Below, in pieces: positions 21,374 through 30,907 of a stretch of 64,000 nt of DNA (position 1 is the first letter of the stretch; each line of letters begins with the position of its first letter). Below the pieces are notes generated by a model, which was given only the letters and a program-made list of their open reading frames with translations, did no database searches and was not told the DNA's origin. The position numbers were made by a program, and so were the translations under genes. The DNA lies in the IMG/VR virus record IMGVR_UViG_3300032288_004964, positions 186,001-250,000 of that record. One strand, given 5' to 3'.

Positions 21374-21554
21374 AGAAACTCTTGAGATATTTGGTCAATA
21401 TCTAAATGGTGGTAGGAAAATTATTATGTCAAAAGCTAGGCAAACTGGTAGATCAGATATAACTGTTTCTATAATGGCTTGGAAACATTTACATCATAAA
21501 TATGAAAGAAGATTATTAAGAAAAGAAACCATAAAACGGATCTTTAATATATAA
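21366..21554 (+). CDS. Small protein with a terminase Walker-A-like segment (IIMSKARQTGRS)
   Basis: Likely start ATG 21366; 62 aa. Confidence 0.45.
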   Translation: MNKETLEIFGQYLNGGRKIIMSKARQTGRSDITVSIMAWKHLHHKYERRLLRKETIKRIFNI

Positions 21555-21572
21555 TCAAACAAAAATAATTTT

Positions 21573-22133
21573 ATGAATTTACAGGAACTACTTAATAAAT
21601 GGAATATCAAATGTGATGTTAATACATTACTTTCAATGTGGAATGAATCACATAGAGCTTACCATACTTTAGATCATCTAAATGATGTTATAGACCAAAT
21701 AAATGAGAGTAAATCAAAATACTCTGAAAAAGAATATGAAAAGTTAATGCTAACAGCTCTTTTTCATGATTGTGTTTATGATCCTATGAGAAATGATAAT
21801 GAAGAAAAATCAGCTGATTTCTTTTTAGAATGTTGTTCAGATAAATCAAATTCAGACATTTTAGAAGTTAGACAAATGATTTTAGATACAAAGACTCATC
21901 AATCAACAACTAATCTTTCTGAGTCATTTAATCACTATGATATGAGTATTGTAGAAAGAAATTTTGACCAATTATTAGAGTGGGAAAATGGAATACATGA
22001 AGAGTTTAAAGGATATGGTAATGAAAAATATAAAGAAGGTAGATTGAAATTTTTAGAATCTATTTTAGACAAATATCCACATAACACCGACAACCTACTT
22101 AAATTAATTGATTGGGTAAAAGTTAACTACTAA
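21573..22133 (+). CDS. HD-superfamily metal-dependent phosphohydrolase
   Basis: RAYHTLDHL, ALFHDCVYDP..NDNEEKSA, ILDTKTH motifs. Confidence 0.8.
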   Translation: MNLQELLNKWNIKCDVNTLLSMWNESHRAYHTLDHLNDVIDQINESKSKYSEKEYEKLMLTALFHDCVYDPMRNDNEEKSADFFLECCSDKSNSDILEVRQMILDTKTHQSTTNLSESFNHYDMSIVERNFDQLLEWENGIHEEFKGYGNEKYKEGRLKFLESILDKYPHNTDNLLKLIDWVKVNY

Positions 22134-22555
22134 TGGAATACGGTATAATTTATATAAAAGTTTGTCCTGTTAAGGGTAGCAAAGCAGAATGGGTAAAATA
22201 CTGTCATATATTCTCATCAACTCCTCAATCATTTCAACAAAATGTTAAGGAAATTGCTAATGATATAAATACTAAATATTCTAGTGATATTGTAATACCT
22301 ATGGATATTAGAGTTCATCCTGGATGTACTACTACCTCGGAAAAAGTAGAAGAAATCGCTACTGATATGTATAATCAATTTCTAGAATTAGCTGATAGAC
22401 AAGGAATTCCTAACTCAGTTAGATGTGTCTATTCAATTGGTGAATTATCATATGTTGATGTTGATTCAACTCATAAATTAGGTAATGATGAGGTTATGAT
22501 AAAATTAGGAAGATTTTTAGATGAATCAGATGAACCAGGCATTTATAAGATATAA
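22133..22555 (+). CDS. Hypothetical protein
   Basis: 140-aa ORF, stop/start overlap. Confidence 0.55.
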   Translation: MEYGIIYIKVCPVKGSKAEWVKYCHIFSSTPQSFQQNVKEIANDINTKYSSDIVIPMDIRVHPGCTTTSEKVEEIATDMYNQFLELADRQGIPNSVRCVYSIGELSYVDVDSTHKLGNDEVMIKLGRFLDESDEPGIYKI

Positions 22556-22584
22556 AAAAACCTCTCAAAATTGAGAGGTTTTTT
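22555..22584. terminator. Bidirectional intrinsic terminator between convergent genes
   Basis: AAAAAA-CCTCTCA-AAAT-TGAGAGG-TTTTTT. Confidence 0.8.
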
Positions 22585-22592
22585 AATTAATA

Positions 22593-23168
22593 TTATTGAA
22601 ATATAGCAGCGTATCTAACACCGTTTGTTTCTTCATCCATGTGACTTTTTTGTAATTTCACTCCAAATGACTCTAATTCTTTTTTCAATAGTTCAGCTTT
22701 TGATTTGTGAACAATAACATCTAAATTTCCATTATCCCAAAGTTTAATATAGATATCAGGTTCACTATATTCACTTGATTGATCTACAGTTCTCATTTTA
22801 TTTTCTTTTGCCCAATTTACTAATTTATCAAAAGCTTCTTTGGCTGCTGGAATTTTATCACCTAATTCATTTTTTGGTTCTACAATTTTATTAACAGCAG
22901 ATAATTGTTTTTTAGTTTCTTCAACTATATAGGATGTATTTAATTGGTAAGTTTCACCTTTTTTCATTCCTTTATATTCAGTAGTTTTATTTTCTTCCAT
23001 TACTTCTCCAATGAAGTATTTATCATTGACAATTTTCACAACTTTAATTTTGAAAGGTGGATAATCTTGTACTCCTGATTTATAATTATATTCTTCACCA
23101 ACTTCTATATGAGCTGTTGAAGCCATTGCTTCATTTAAGAAATTTTCAAATAATTTAATATATTTCAT
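22593..23168 (-). CDS. Hypothetical protein, putative head-internal protein (MKYIKLFENFLNE)
   Basis: 191 aa; TAATATATA upstream on the minus strand (23191-23199). Confidence 0.6.
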   Translation of the reverse strand: MKYIKLFENFLNEAMASTAHIEVGEEYNYKSGVQDYPPFKIKVVKIVNDKYFIGEVMEENKTTEYKGMKKGETYQLNTSYIVEETKKQLSAVNKIVEPKNELGDKIPAAKEAFDKLVNWAKENKMRTVDQSSEYSEPDIYIKLWDNGNLDVIVHKSKAELLKKELESFGVKLQKSHMDEETNGVRYAAIFQ

Positions 23169-23201
23169 AATTTGTATTTTTTTTCTAATGTATATATTAA
23201 T

Positions 23202-23927
23202 TTAAAAATTCATAATTAGATACTCAGTGCCCATTATTGTAGCTTTTTTTTCAATTTTACAATTGGGATAAAGTTCTCTTAATCCATCAAAGTAAAAATA
23301 ACTTAAAAGAAATCTTCCTTTAATATTATTCAAAACTTTAGCTAATTCTAAATGTGAATCTTCTGTAAAATCATGGTTGATATAATATTTTTCCTTACCC
23401 ATATAAGGTGGATCAACATAAAAGAAAGCATCTTTAGAATCATACTTTTTAATAACATCTATATAATCTAATTTTTCAATTTCTGTTATTTTATCAACAT
23501 GATATTTATAAGCACCATATTTAATCTTGAATATGTCAAATTCTGAACTACCAACCCAAGAGTCTTCACCTACTTTATAAGGAGATGAACAAGTTAAAAT
23601 AACTAGCCAATAGAGTGAAAGCAATCTTTCATCTTTCTCTATAAATATATCTTTAAGACACTCTATATAAAATTCCTTATCAACCTTTGTGGATTTAACC
23701 AAGTCTATAAAATCTGAATCATCTTTAAGGTGTTTAAATAGTAGGTAGTTTAAATAGTTTTTATCATTATAGATAAAGTTGATATTCTTAAATTTAGTAA
23801 AATCTAAGCAAAAGAAAACACCAAACATCCCAGAGAATGGTTCTACATAAGTAGAAATATCTGTCGGAATGTAAGGTGTTATAAAATTAGCAAGTTTAGA
23901 TTTCTCACCAAGATATGGTATTAGCAT
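23202..23927 (-). CDS. Dam-like (D12 class) DNA adenine methyltransferase
   Basis: YxGxKS motif, YVEPFSG, catalytic FFYVDPPY. Confidence 0.8.
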   Translation of the reverse strand: MLIPYLGEKSKLANFITPYIPTDISTYVEPFSGMFGVFFCLDFTKFKNINFIYNDKNYLNYLLFKHLKDDSDFIDLVKSTKVDKEFYIECLKDIFIEKDERLLSLYWLVILTCSSPYKVGEDSWVGSSEFDIFKIKYGAYKYHVDKITEIEKLDYIDVIKKYDSKDAFFYVDPPYMGKEKYYINHDFTEDSHLELAKVLNNIKGRFLLSYFYFDGLRELYPNCKIEKKATIMGTEYLIMNF

Positions 23928-23936
23928 TCTTGATAA

Positions 23937-24179
23937 TTATTTTTTTCTAGACTCTTTAATTTCTTTGTGTAATTTCTTAAATACGGATTTTACTTCCCCG
24001 AACTTAATCTTACCACTTAGAGCTGCCATATAAGCAGTTTCTAAATTTGTCATTTTAGCACGAATTACTTTATTTACATCTAATTCTGCTTTCTTAACTA
24101 CTTTTTTAGTAGTTGTTTTCTTTTCAGCTTGAACAGGCTCTGCCTTAATTACTGCTGGTTTTTTTGTCTTTGTATTCAT
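23937..24179 (-). CDS. Small basic Lys-rich protein
   Basis: Likely start ATG 24179 (MNTKTKKPAVIKAE), immediately after the M16 gene stop. Confidence 0.5.
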   Translation of the reverse strand: MNTKTKKPAVIKAEPVQAEKKTTTKKVVKKAELDVNKVIRAKMTNLETAYMAALSGKIKFGEVKSVFKKLHKEIKESRKK

Positions 24180-24180
24180 T

Positions 24181-25299
24181 TTATTTGTTTTTACTTTTAA
24201 ATTCTTTCTTATCAGAAGAGATGTGAAATTTATCAAAGTCATAGTATTTATCATAGACTTCTCTAATTTTCTTTAGATTTACCTTATCTAAGATGTCATA
24301 TACTGACCAACCTTCTGGGTTAATCCACTGATTAACATTTTTATATCTTAAGATTTCATCTTTTTGTTTTCTTACTTTATAGTAATCTTTAACAAGGTCA
24401 AATCTTTCTTTTATTAAATACTTATCAGGATTATTAATTACTAATTTAGTAGCTTCTAAAACCTCATCAAAGTTTTTATTTGATGTTAAAGTTGAAATTG
24501 TATTAATTCCTTGATTATTCATTCTTGATTGATAACAATGAACATAGTAAACTAATCCTTTTTTCTCTCTAATTTCTTGATATAAAGGAGATTTCAAACC
24601 TAATGATAACATCGCATTTATGAAATGAACATAAGCAAAATCTTCTTCAATAATAGGTGAAAGAATAGCAATAGATGTTTTATCTTTGAATTCATTGTTT
24701 AACTCAAGTGTATTATTATAATCACCAAACTTAGTTACTTTTTCAATTTTTCTTTCAGCAAACTCAATAGTATTGTTTTTATATTGTTTGTTTTTAGAAA
24801 CATTTATAATTTTAGTTGGCTTAGCATATTGTAATTCAAAGAAATTAAGACAATCCATAAACTTAAGATTCTCTAAATCTTCATTAAGACCAATTGGGTC
24901 AAAATCATTAAATAATTTACGAGAAAGATTTAACATATGTGATTGAGTTTGGTCATTAAATGAATCCATATACTCTTCAAGAACAATATTTCTTTCATTT
25001 TCAAATTGTTCTTTAGTAACATTAAATTGACCAAGTAAGTTCATAAACTCACCTTTCCATTTATTTACTTTTTCATCTAATCCAGTTAAATAGAAAACAA
25101 TTTCATTTGATGATGTGTATGCGTTCCAGTCTATAGAATCCCTATCAAAGTCTTCTTGTAGATGATCAAAGTTCTTGCACATCAAATGTTCCATAAGATG
25201 ACTGATTCCATACCATCCCTTCTTCTCAAGGTTTGTTGAACCTTCGTATACAACATAGAACCCAGAAAGTTCTGTCTCGCTTTTTAAATTAATTATCAT
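24181..25299 (-). CDS. M16 (insulinase-family) zinc peptidase
   Basis: Inverted zinc motif HLMEH, NAYTS and ERNIVLEE motifs. Confidence 0.85.
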   Translation of the reverse strand: MIINLKSETELSGFYVVYEGSTNLEKKGWYGISHLMEHLMCKNFDHLQEDFDRDSIDWNAYTSSNEIVFYLTGLDEKVNKWKGEFMNLLGQFNVTKEQFENERNIVLEEYMDSFNDQTQSHMLNLSRKLFNDFDPIGLNEDLENLKFMDCLNFFELQYAKPTKIINVSKNKQYKNNTIEFAERKIEKVTKFGDYNNTLELNNEFKDKTSIAILSPIIEEDFAYVHFINAMLSLGLKSPLYQEIREKKGLVYYVHCYQSRMNNQGINTISTLTSNKNFDEVLEATKLVINNPDKYLIKERFDLVKDYYKVRKQKDEILRYKNVNQWINPEGWSVYDILDKVNLKKIREVYDKYYDFDKFHISSDKKEFKSKNK

Positions 25300-25453
25300 T
25301 TTCTTTTATATATTTTTTTATTAAAAATTCAATAAATCTTGACTTTTTATAGAATTTAGACTCCAATATCTTATCGACCTCTTTATTTAAAAGAGGATCA
25401 ATACTTATTGATATTTTAATTCTTTTTTCATCATCAGGTATTTTATTATTCAT
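25289..25453 (-). CDS. Ribbon-helix-helix DNA-binding protein (not in the ORF track)
   Basis: Hand-translated MNNKIPDDEKRIKISISIDPLLNKEVDKILESKFYKKSRFIEFLIKKYIKENDN: alternating beta-strand followed by two helices. Confidence 0.65.
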   Translation of the reverse strand: MNNKIPDDEKRIKISISIDPLLNKEVDKILESKFYKKSRFIEFLIKKYIKENDN

Positions 25454-25538
25454 TATATTTTATATAAATTAAATATTAAAAGTTTAAAATAAATACAAAA
25501 AAGTGTGTAGGAAAGTGGTAATTTTTAATATATAATAT

Positions 25539-26372
25539 ATGATTTTAGATAAGGAAGTTAGAATAAAAAATAATGGTAGAATTATTAATCACTATAGATC
25601 AATTGGATTAGATGTTAGTAGTGAATTCATAATAGTTCCAATAGGTCTCATAACAAACGGATCACATATAGAAGTATCTTGTTGTTGTGATACTTGTGGG
25701 ATGATTAATAGAATGATGTTTAAAACATATAAAGTTCATACAAAATATGACGGGTTATATTATTGCGAAAGATGTTCTTTGATAAAAAAGAGGAAAGTTA
25801 TTAGTGAAAAATATGGAGTAGATAGTTACACACAAACAGATGACTTTAAAAATAAATCAAAGGTTTCATGTTTAGAAAAATACGGAACTGAATTTTACCA
25901 AAGCTCTATTGAATATAAAGAACAGATTAGAAAGACATGCTTAGATAGGTATGGATGTGAGAATGTTATGCAAAGTTTTAGAATTTTTAATAATCAACAG
26001 AGTATTTCATATAATATCTACAAATATAAAGACACTGAAATAACTTATCAAGGAACTTATGAGTTAGATTTTTTAGAAAAATATTATAATGAAATAAAAA
26101 TTGAAAAAATAAATCCTGTTAAATATACTTTCAATGAAAAAGAACATTATTATCATCCGGACTTTTACTTACCTGATTATAATCTAATTGTTGAAATTAA
26201 ATCATCATATACTTATAACTATGATGTTAATAGAAATATATCAAAAAAAGACGAGTGTCTGAGAAAAGGATATAATTTTATATTTATAATAGATAAAAAC
26301 TATATTGAACTTAATGATATATTAAATTTCTTGGAACACTCAAGTAAATCTAGTTCAAGTCCCAAGGGTTGA
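25539..26372 (+). CDS. Putative homing endonuclease (Cys-rich N-terminus, EKYG repeats, PD-(D/E)xK C-terminal domain)
   Basis: CCCDTCG...YCERC, SEKYG/LEKYG/LDRYG repeats, YHPDFY...IVEIKS. Confidence 0.65.
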   Translation: MILDKEVRIKNNGRIINHYRSIGLDVSSEFIIVPIGLITNGSHIEVSCCCDTCGMINRMMFKTYKVHTKYDGLYYCERCSLIKKRKVISEKYGVDSYTQTDDFKNKSKVSCLEKYGTEFYQSSIEYKEQIRKTCLDRYGCENVMQSFRIFNNQQSISYNIYKYKDTEITYQGTYELDFLEKYYNEIKIEKINPVKYTFNEKEHYYHPDFYLPDYNLIVEIKSSYTYNYDVNRNISKKDECLRKGYNFIFIIDKNYIELNDILNFLEHSSKSSSSPKG

Positions 26373-26856
26373 AAGTATCAAAGCCAACCTCTGGATGCAT
26401 ATCACTTATTCTACTATAAACTTCTGATGTATTACTACTTACTTCTCTATAATCGCCTACTTGACCAACTACTATACAAAAAGTAATATTTAAACTAAGA
26501 TATCCTGATTTAAAACCATCTATAATTTCACTGATTGGTTTAGTAACCTCATTTGACCAATATAAGTTTTCTTCTATGTCTGGTGATTCAAATGAATATT
26601 CACCTCCTAATAAGTTTCCTTCAAATTCATTTTCTTTACTATGTAAATCTACTATAAATAATATTTTTTTATCCATTATAGTATTATCTTCATCATTATC
26701 ATCAGAGAATCTATTATCACTTACATGTCTTACATCTAAGTATTCCAATGAAACATCTTTTAAATCATAAAGAATATTAATCATATTACTTACTTCTAAG
26801 ACTTTATTTTCCCAATCTTCTCTGGAAAAACTCTCAAATAACTTCAGTCTTTTCAT
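26350..26856 (-). CDS. Hypothetical acidic protein (MKRLKLFESF), putative head-internal protein
   Basis: 168 aa; shared N-terminal motif. Confidence 0.55.
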   Translation of the reverse strand: MKRLKLFESFSREDWENKVLEVSNMINILYDLKDVSLEYLDVRHVSDNRFSDDNDEDNTIMDKKILFIVDLHSKENEFEGNLLGGEYSFESPDIEENLYWSNEVTKPISEIIDGFKSGYLSLNITFCIVVGQVGDYREVSSNTSEVYSRISDMHPEVGFDTFNPWDLN

Positions 26857-26859
26857 AGT

Positions 26860-26988
26860 CTACTTCTTTTCCTCTTTATTTATGTCTACTTTTTCAGTAG
26901 ATTCATCTACTGATTTTTCATCATAGAAATCAGGATCAATATATCCGACATCACTATCATTAAAAAAAATTTTAGTTTCCATATACAT
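26860..26988 (-). CDS. Possible 42-aa acidic peptide
   Basis: Fills the gap between two minus-strand genes; ends with TAG. Confidence 0.3.
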   Translation of the reverse strand: MYMETKIFFNDSDVGYIDPDFYDEKSVDESTEKVDINKEEKK

Positions 26989-27525
26989 TTAATTATTTCT
27001 AGATATAAAATCTTCAAAGTTGTAATTGGCGAGTTCTTGTAATCCTAATTCCTTAACCTTTGGTAAATAAACATCTGCTATTATACTAATAATATCCATA
27101 TAAGTTACTCCTTGTTCTTCAAAAGTTTCTAATTCTTCTTTATTATTAACATCATCAACATAGATATAAATATCATAATTATTCATAGAATTGATTTTAA
27201 TACCTAAAATCAATAGGTGTGTTTTTGACTCCACCATGAAGTTATAATAATCTTCTTCTTCATCATACTTTGTGTATAATTTAAAATTATCAAACTTAAT
27301 TTCACTATCATCATTATTAGTAGCATCAGTGAATGCTCTCATAAATGGATAATGTATATCTGATATTTTATTAATAAGATTTCCTATATTTTCAGTTTTG
27401 AAGTCATAATCTATTTTATTACCAAATGAATAAGAAGTATCTCCCGTTAATTTCATTAACTCATGCTCTGGTAAGTCTCTCAATTCTTCTGAATCAAAAA
27501 ATTCATTAAATTTCTTTAGTTTCAT
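26989..27525 (-). CDS. Hypothetical acidic protein (MKLKKFNEFF), putative head-internal protein
   Basis: Likely start ATG 27525; shared N-terminal motif. Confidence 0.55.
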   Translation of the reverse strand: MKLKKFNEFFDSEELRDLPEHELMKLTGDTSYSFGNKIDYDFKTENIGNLINKISDIHYPFMRAFTDATNNDDSEIKFDNFKLYTKYDEEEDYYNFMVESKTHLLILGIKINSMNNYDIYIYVDDVNNKEELETFEEQGVTYMDIISIIADVYLPKVKELGLQELANYNFEDFISRNN

Positions 27526-27580
27526 AGTTATTTGTTTTTTTAATTTATTATCTATATATTTGTATTCTAAAGTGTAAATT

Positions 27581-28207
27581 ATGATCAAAGTAGGACTAAC
27601 GGGAAATAGATATTCTGGAAAAGATACAGTAGCTTCTTTATTTAAGAAAATTAGTATTCCAGTATTTGATGCTGATGTTATTATTAAATTTCTTATAAAT
27701 CATAACTTTGAAATGGATTATAAGATTAAAAAGAAAATTGATAGTTCATTTTTTAAGAATGACCGATTGGATTTAAGTAAACTAACCGGTCCAGTTTTAG
27801 ATCAAATTATTGATATTGTTGAGTATGATTTATTTGATGCTTATAAAAAGTATGAATTAAAAAATATGAACTCTATTTATACCATTTTTCATTCCTCAGT
27901 CTTATTTGAAAGAGATTGGAATAAAAAAATGGATTTTACTATTTCTGTTTTTTCACCAATATCTGATAGAGTTGAAAGATGTCAGAAAGAATCCGATCTT
28001 AAATTAGCAAATATTTATAACTTATCACAAAGAGAAATGAAAGATCTTTCTAAAAATTCTCTTTCTGATTATGTTATACACAATTATAATGATGAAATTA
28101 ATCCATTTGGTGATATATTGACACAAGTAAATAAAATTGACCAAAGACTAATAGATAACTACTTGTCAAGCGAACGTAAACTTAGATTAAAAAATGGAAT
28201 GTATTAG
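27581..28207 (+). CDS. coaE: Dephospho-CoA kinase-like protein
   Basis: IKVGLTGNRYSGKDTV...IPVFDAD N-terminus, RVERCQKE lid, SDYVIHN C-terminus. Confidence 0.7.
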   Translation: MIKVGLTGNRYSGKDTVASLFKKISIPVFDADVIIKFLINHNFEMDYKIKKKIDSSFFKNDRLDLSKLTGPVLDQIIDIVEYDLFDAYKKYELKNMNSIYTIFHSSVLFERDWNKKMDFTISVFSPISDRVERCQKESDLKLANIYNLSQREMKDLSKNSLSDYVIHNYNDEINPFGDILTQVNKIDQRLIDNYLSSERKLRLKNGMY

Positions 28208-28595
28208 TATTAAATTGATTTATCCTTCAAATACCAAGCTAAAACTTGTTAAGTTGATTAAGGATTGTAGTGGTCTTGGTCTAAAAGACTCAAAAGATAT
28301 ATGTGATGAATTACACTCAAATCCTGGTAAGTCTGTTAAAATGCAAGTTCTACCTGTTGCATCTGATGGTACTAATTACATCAGGAAGTTTATCAATGAA
28401 CTGAAAGAGGTAGATGGTATGTTTGAAGTAACTGGTGGAAGAGAATGGCAAAGAAACTATAAAATGCTTGCTATTGGATTAGGTGATAAGTCTGAATATG
28501 TTGATTTTATAAGTGAACATATTTCTGACAATAGAACACTAGAGGAATCAAAAAATTTGATTAAATTTATAATTGAAAAACTTTCCGAAAAATAA
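28194..28595 (+). CDS. Protein with an N-terminal ribosomal L7/L12 C-terminal-like motif
   Basis: KLKLVKLIKDCSGLGLKDSKDICD resembles the L12 CTD KIxVIKxVRxxTGLGLKEAKDLVE. Confidence 0.55.
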   Translation: MECISIKLIYPSNTKLKLVKLIKDCSGLGLKDSKDICDELHSNPGKSVKMQVLPVASDGTNYIRKFINELKEVDGMFEVTGGREWQRNYKMLAIGLGDKSEYVDFISEHISDNRTLEESKNLIKFIIEKLSEK

Positions 28596-28630
28596 ATTCA
28601 AGAAGTTTTTTCTAAAATTAAAATTGACAT

Positions 28631-29359
28631 ATGATAGTTATTTGTAAAAAAGCAACAAAGAAAATGGTTAAAGGACTTCGATATGAAGTTTTAAATCTAC
28701 ATAATGACGGCACCAGTCAAAGATGGCAAGAAGGTAAGGTAGAAATTCTTGGATTTGGTAGATTTGTAGTAGGTAATTTTACAGACACTGATGGTAATCC
28801 TCTTCCAAAAATTAAAATAGTAAATCCTATTCCTCGTGTAGCAAATTTAGAATTTACTACCTTAAGAAAAGGTGATATACTTGTTTGTAAATCAGACCGT
28901 TATAAAACAATAGCTAAAGGAGCTATGTATAAAATAGAGTCTCTGAAAGAAGTAGTAACTACAAAGGTTGGATGGAATAAACAACCATATAATCATACTG
29001 AAAGAACTATTAAACTTGAAGGTCTACCAAGGTCTATGAAGTTTAAATCTTGGGTTTTTAGAAAATTAACACCTGAAGAAAGTAGAGAAATTAATTTAAA
29101 TAAAATTCTTCACAATGAAGATGCTAAAATAGTTACCGACTCTAAAACTAGAAAAATAGAATTAGTAATTAATAAAAATTTAGAATTAATGAAAAATCTT
29201 TCTAAATCTATTATAGATGAAAATAGACATCATCTTTCTATATTAGATTGGTCTTGTTATAAAACAGGATCTACAATGGGTATTGTAAAGGAAGACTACA
29301 ATGAACTTATGAATATGTCTCTAAAAGATATTTTAGGACTAATAGAAACTTCTAAATAA
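28631..29359 (+). CDS. Hypothetical protein
   Basis: 242-aa ORF. Confidence 0.6.
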   Translation: MIVICKKATKKMVKGLRYEVLNLHNDGTSQRWQEGKVEILGFGRFVVGNFTDTDGNPLPKIKIVNPIPRVANLEFTTLRKGDILVCKSDRYKTIAKGAMYKIESLKEVVTTKVGWNKQPYNHTERTIKLEGLPRSMKFKSWVFRKLTPEESREINLNKILHNEDAKIVTDSKTRKIELVINKNLELMKNLSKSIIDENRHHLSILDWSCYKTGSTMGIVKEDYNELMNMSLKDILGLIETSK

Positions 29360-29622
29360 TGAAGTATAACAAAGGTGATATTATAGTTTGTTCTAACAAT
29401 AAAATTAATTCATATGAATATAACCTTGTAGTAGGTGATAAATATGAGATTATTGGATCTATGCTAATTCACGGTGGTGGAAATGATGGACTTAGTAAAG
29501 TAGCATTAGATGTTAGAAAATGTAATAGTAATGACAATACTGTCCAATACATGCAGCCGGATAATTTATTTATACCACTTGATGTTTATAGAGAGTTTAA
29601 GTTAAGACAAATTTTGGATTAA
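29359..29622 (+). CDS. Small hypothetical protein with C-terminal REFKLRQIL motif
   Basis: 87 aa, stop/start overlap. Confidence 0.55.
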   Translation: MKYNKGDIIVCSNNKINSYEYNLVVGDKYEIIGSMLIHGGGNDGLSKVALDVRKCNSNDNTVQYMQPDNLFIPLDVYREFKLRQILD

Positions 29623-29647
29623 TATATTTTATCCTTATATTTACAAT

Positions 29648-30388
29648 ATGTATAATAAAATCTATGATTTTTGTAAAGTAAGAAATAAGGGAAGTATTTA
29701 TCAAAATGATAATAACCCTACACCAAGAGTTCAATTTCTAATGAGCCTTCTTGATAATGAATGTATTTCTTATGAGTTAGATAAATTTAATACTGATAAA
29801 GTAACTGGTTATAATATTATCATGAAAGGAAATTCTACTAGAATGGTAGTTGCTCATCATGATATTTCCAATCCAAATATTGACAATGCTAATGATAATT
29901 CAGCATCTGTTATCAATGCTATAATGATTAAGAAGTTAATGCCTGAGATGAATGTTGTTCTTTTGGATGGTGAAGAATGTGGTGGTATTGGTTCTCAAAG
30001 ATGTTCTGAAAGGATAAATGAAGGATATTTTGGAAAAATTGATTGGGTTCTTAACCTAGAGCTAACTGGTAGAGGGGGTAAACACTTTTTTATTGGTGAT
30101 TATCCTGGTACACTAACTAATCATATTAAATCTATATTTAACTGTCCTATTACAAGAACTCCTTATAATGATTCTGTTACTTTTAGAAAAAATGGAATTG
30201 ATTCTTGTGTTATTAATCCGCTACCACCTCTTAATGAAGGAACATCACAGGTTAAATGGGATGAAAATACTTATCTAGACTACTCTATGTTATTTAACTG
30301 CCATTCTTCTAAAGACACTATTGATACAATTGATATTAGTGATATGAAAGAATTTGTAGAAGATGTTGTTTTAAAGATACTTTCTTAA
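29648..30388 (+). CDS. M28-family aminopeptidase-like protein
   Basis: VVAHHD, ANDNSASV, DGEECGGIGS, LNLEL and C-terminal HSSKDT metal-ligand motifs. Confidence 0.8.
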   Translation: MYNKIYDFCKVRNKGSIYQNDNNPTPRVQFLMSLLDNECISYELDKFNTDKVTGYNIIMKGNSTRMVVAHHDISNPNIDNANDNSASVINAIMIKKLMPEMNVVLLDGEECGGIGSQRCSERINEGYFGKIDWVLNLELTGRGGKHFFIGDYPGTLTNHIKSIFNCPITRTPYNDSVTFRKNGIDSCVINPLPPLNEGTSQVKWDENTYLDYSMLFNCHSSKDTIDTIDISDMKEFVEDVVLKILS

Positions 30389-30423
30389 TTTAATATATAA
30401 TATATTAAAATAAAGAATTATTA

Positions 30424-30873
30424 ATGAAACATATTACTAAATTTGACCAGTTTATAAATGAAGAGTTTTATAAAAAAAATCAAAGCCTAACTTATCTTAA
30501 ACAACCTGTTGAAATCAGAATTGATGTTGAGAAAGTATCTCACGCAACTGATAGACAATTCAGACACGGTCTTTCTGATAAAATATCAAATGATGATATT
30601 ATTGAAACTATTGAACTTGCAATTGAACAAATAACTATTGATTTAATGCAAGATAACTTTGATATCTACCAAGATGAGGATAATTATCCATCAAAAGGTG
30701 TCAAAGCTGGAGAACCAAATAGATTTATAATTAAGAATAAAACAAATAACTTAAATGTTGTTTGTCAGTTAGAACCAGGTGATAATGAATTCACATTAAC
30801 AGTTATAACAGTTATGACTAAACCTGATTTCAAAGCTTATCCAGGACAATATATTGTTGAAGTACAATCTTAA
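30424..30873 (+). CDS. Hypothetical protein (MKHITKFDQFINE), putative head-internal protein
   Basis: 149 aa; TAATATATA at 30391-30399. Confidence 0.6.
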   Translation: MKHITKFDQFINEEFYKKNQSLTYLKQPVEIRIDVEKVSHATDRQFRHGLSDKISNDDIIETIELAIEQITIDLMQDNFDIYQDEDNYPSKGVKAGEPNRFIIKNKTNNLNVVCQLEPGDNEFTLTVITVMTKPDFKAYPGQYIVEVQS

Positions 30874-30876
30874 AAT

Positions 30877-30906
30877 AAAAAACCTCAGAGAAATCTGAGG
30901 TTTTTT
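30877..30906. terminator. Bidirectional intrinsic terminator between convergent genes
   Basis: AAAAAA-CCTCAGA-GAAA-TCTGAGG-TTTTTT. Confidence 0.85.
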
Positions 30907-30907
30907 A

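Noticed and set aside
26350-26988. Readthrough fusion of the 42-aa ORF (TAG ACT ATG) to the gene at 26350-26856
   Set aside because: In frame, but the downstream gene has its own ATG with the typical N-terminal motif, and the context differs from TAG-ATT at codon 3-4; likely coincidence
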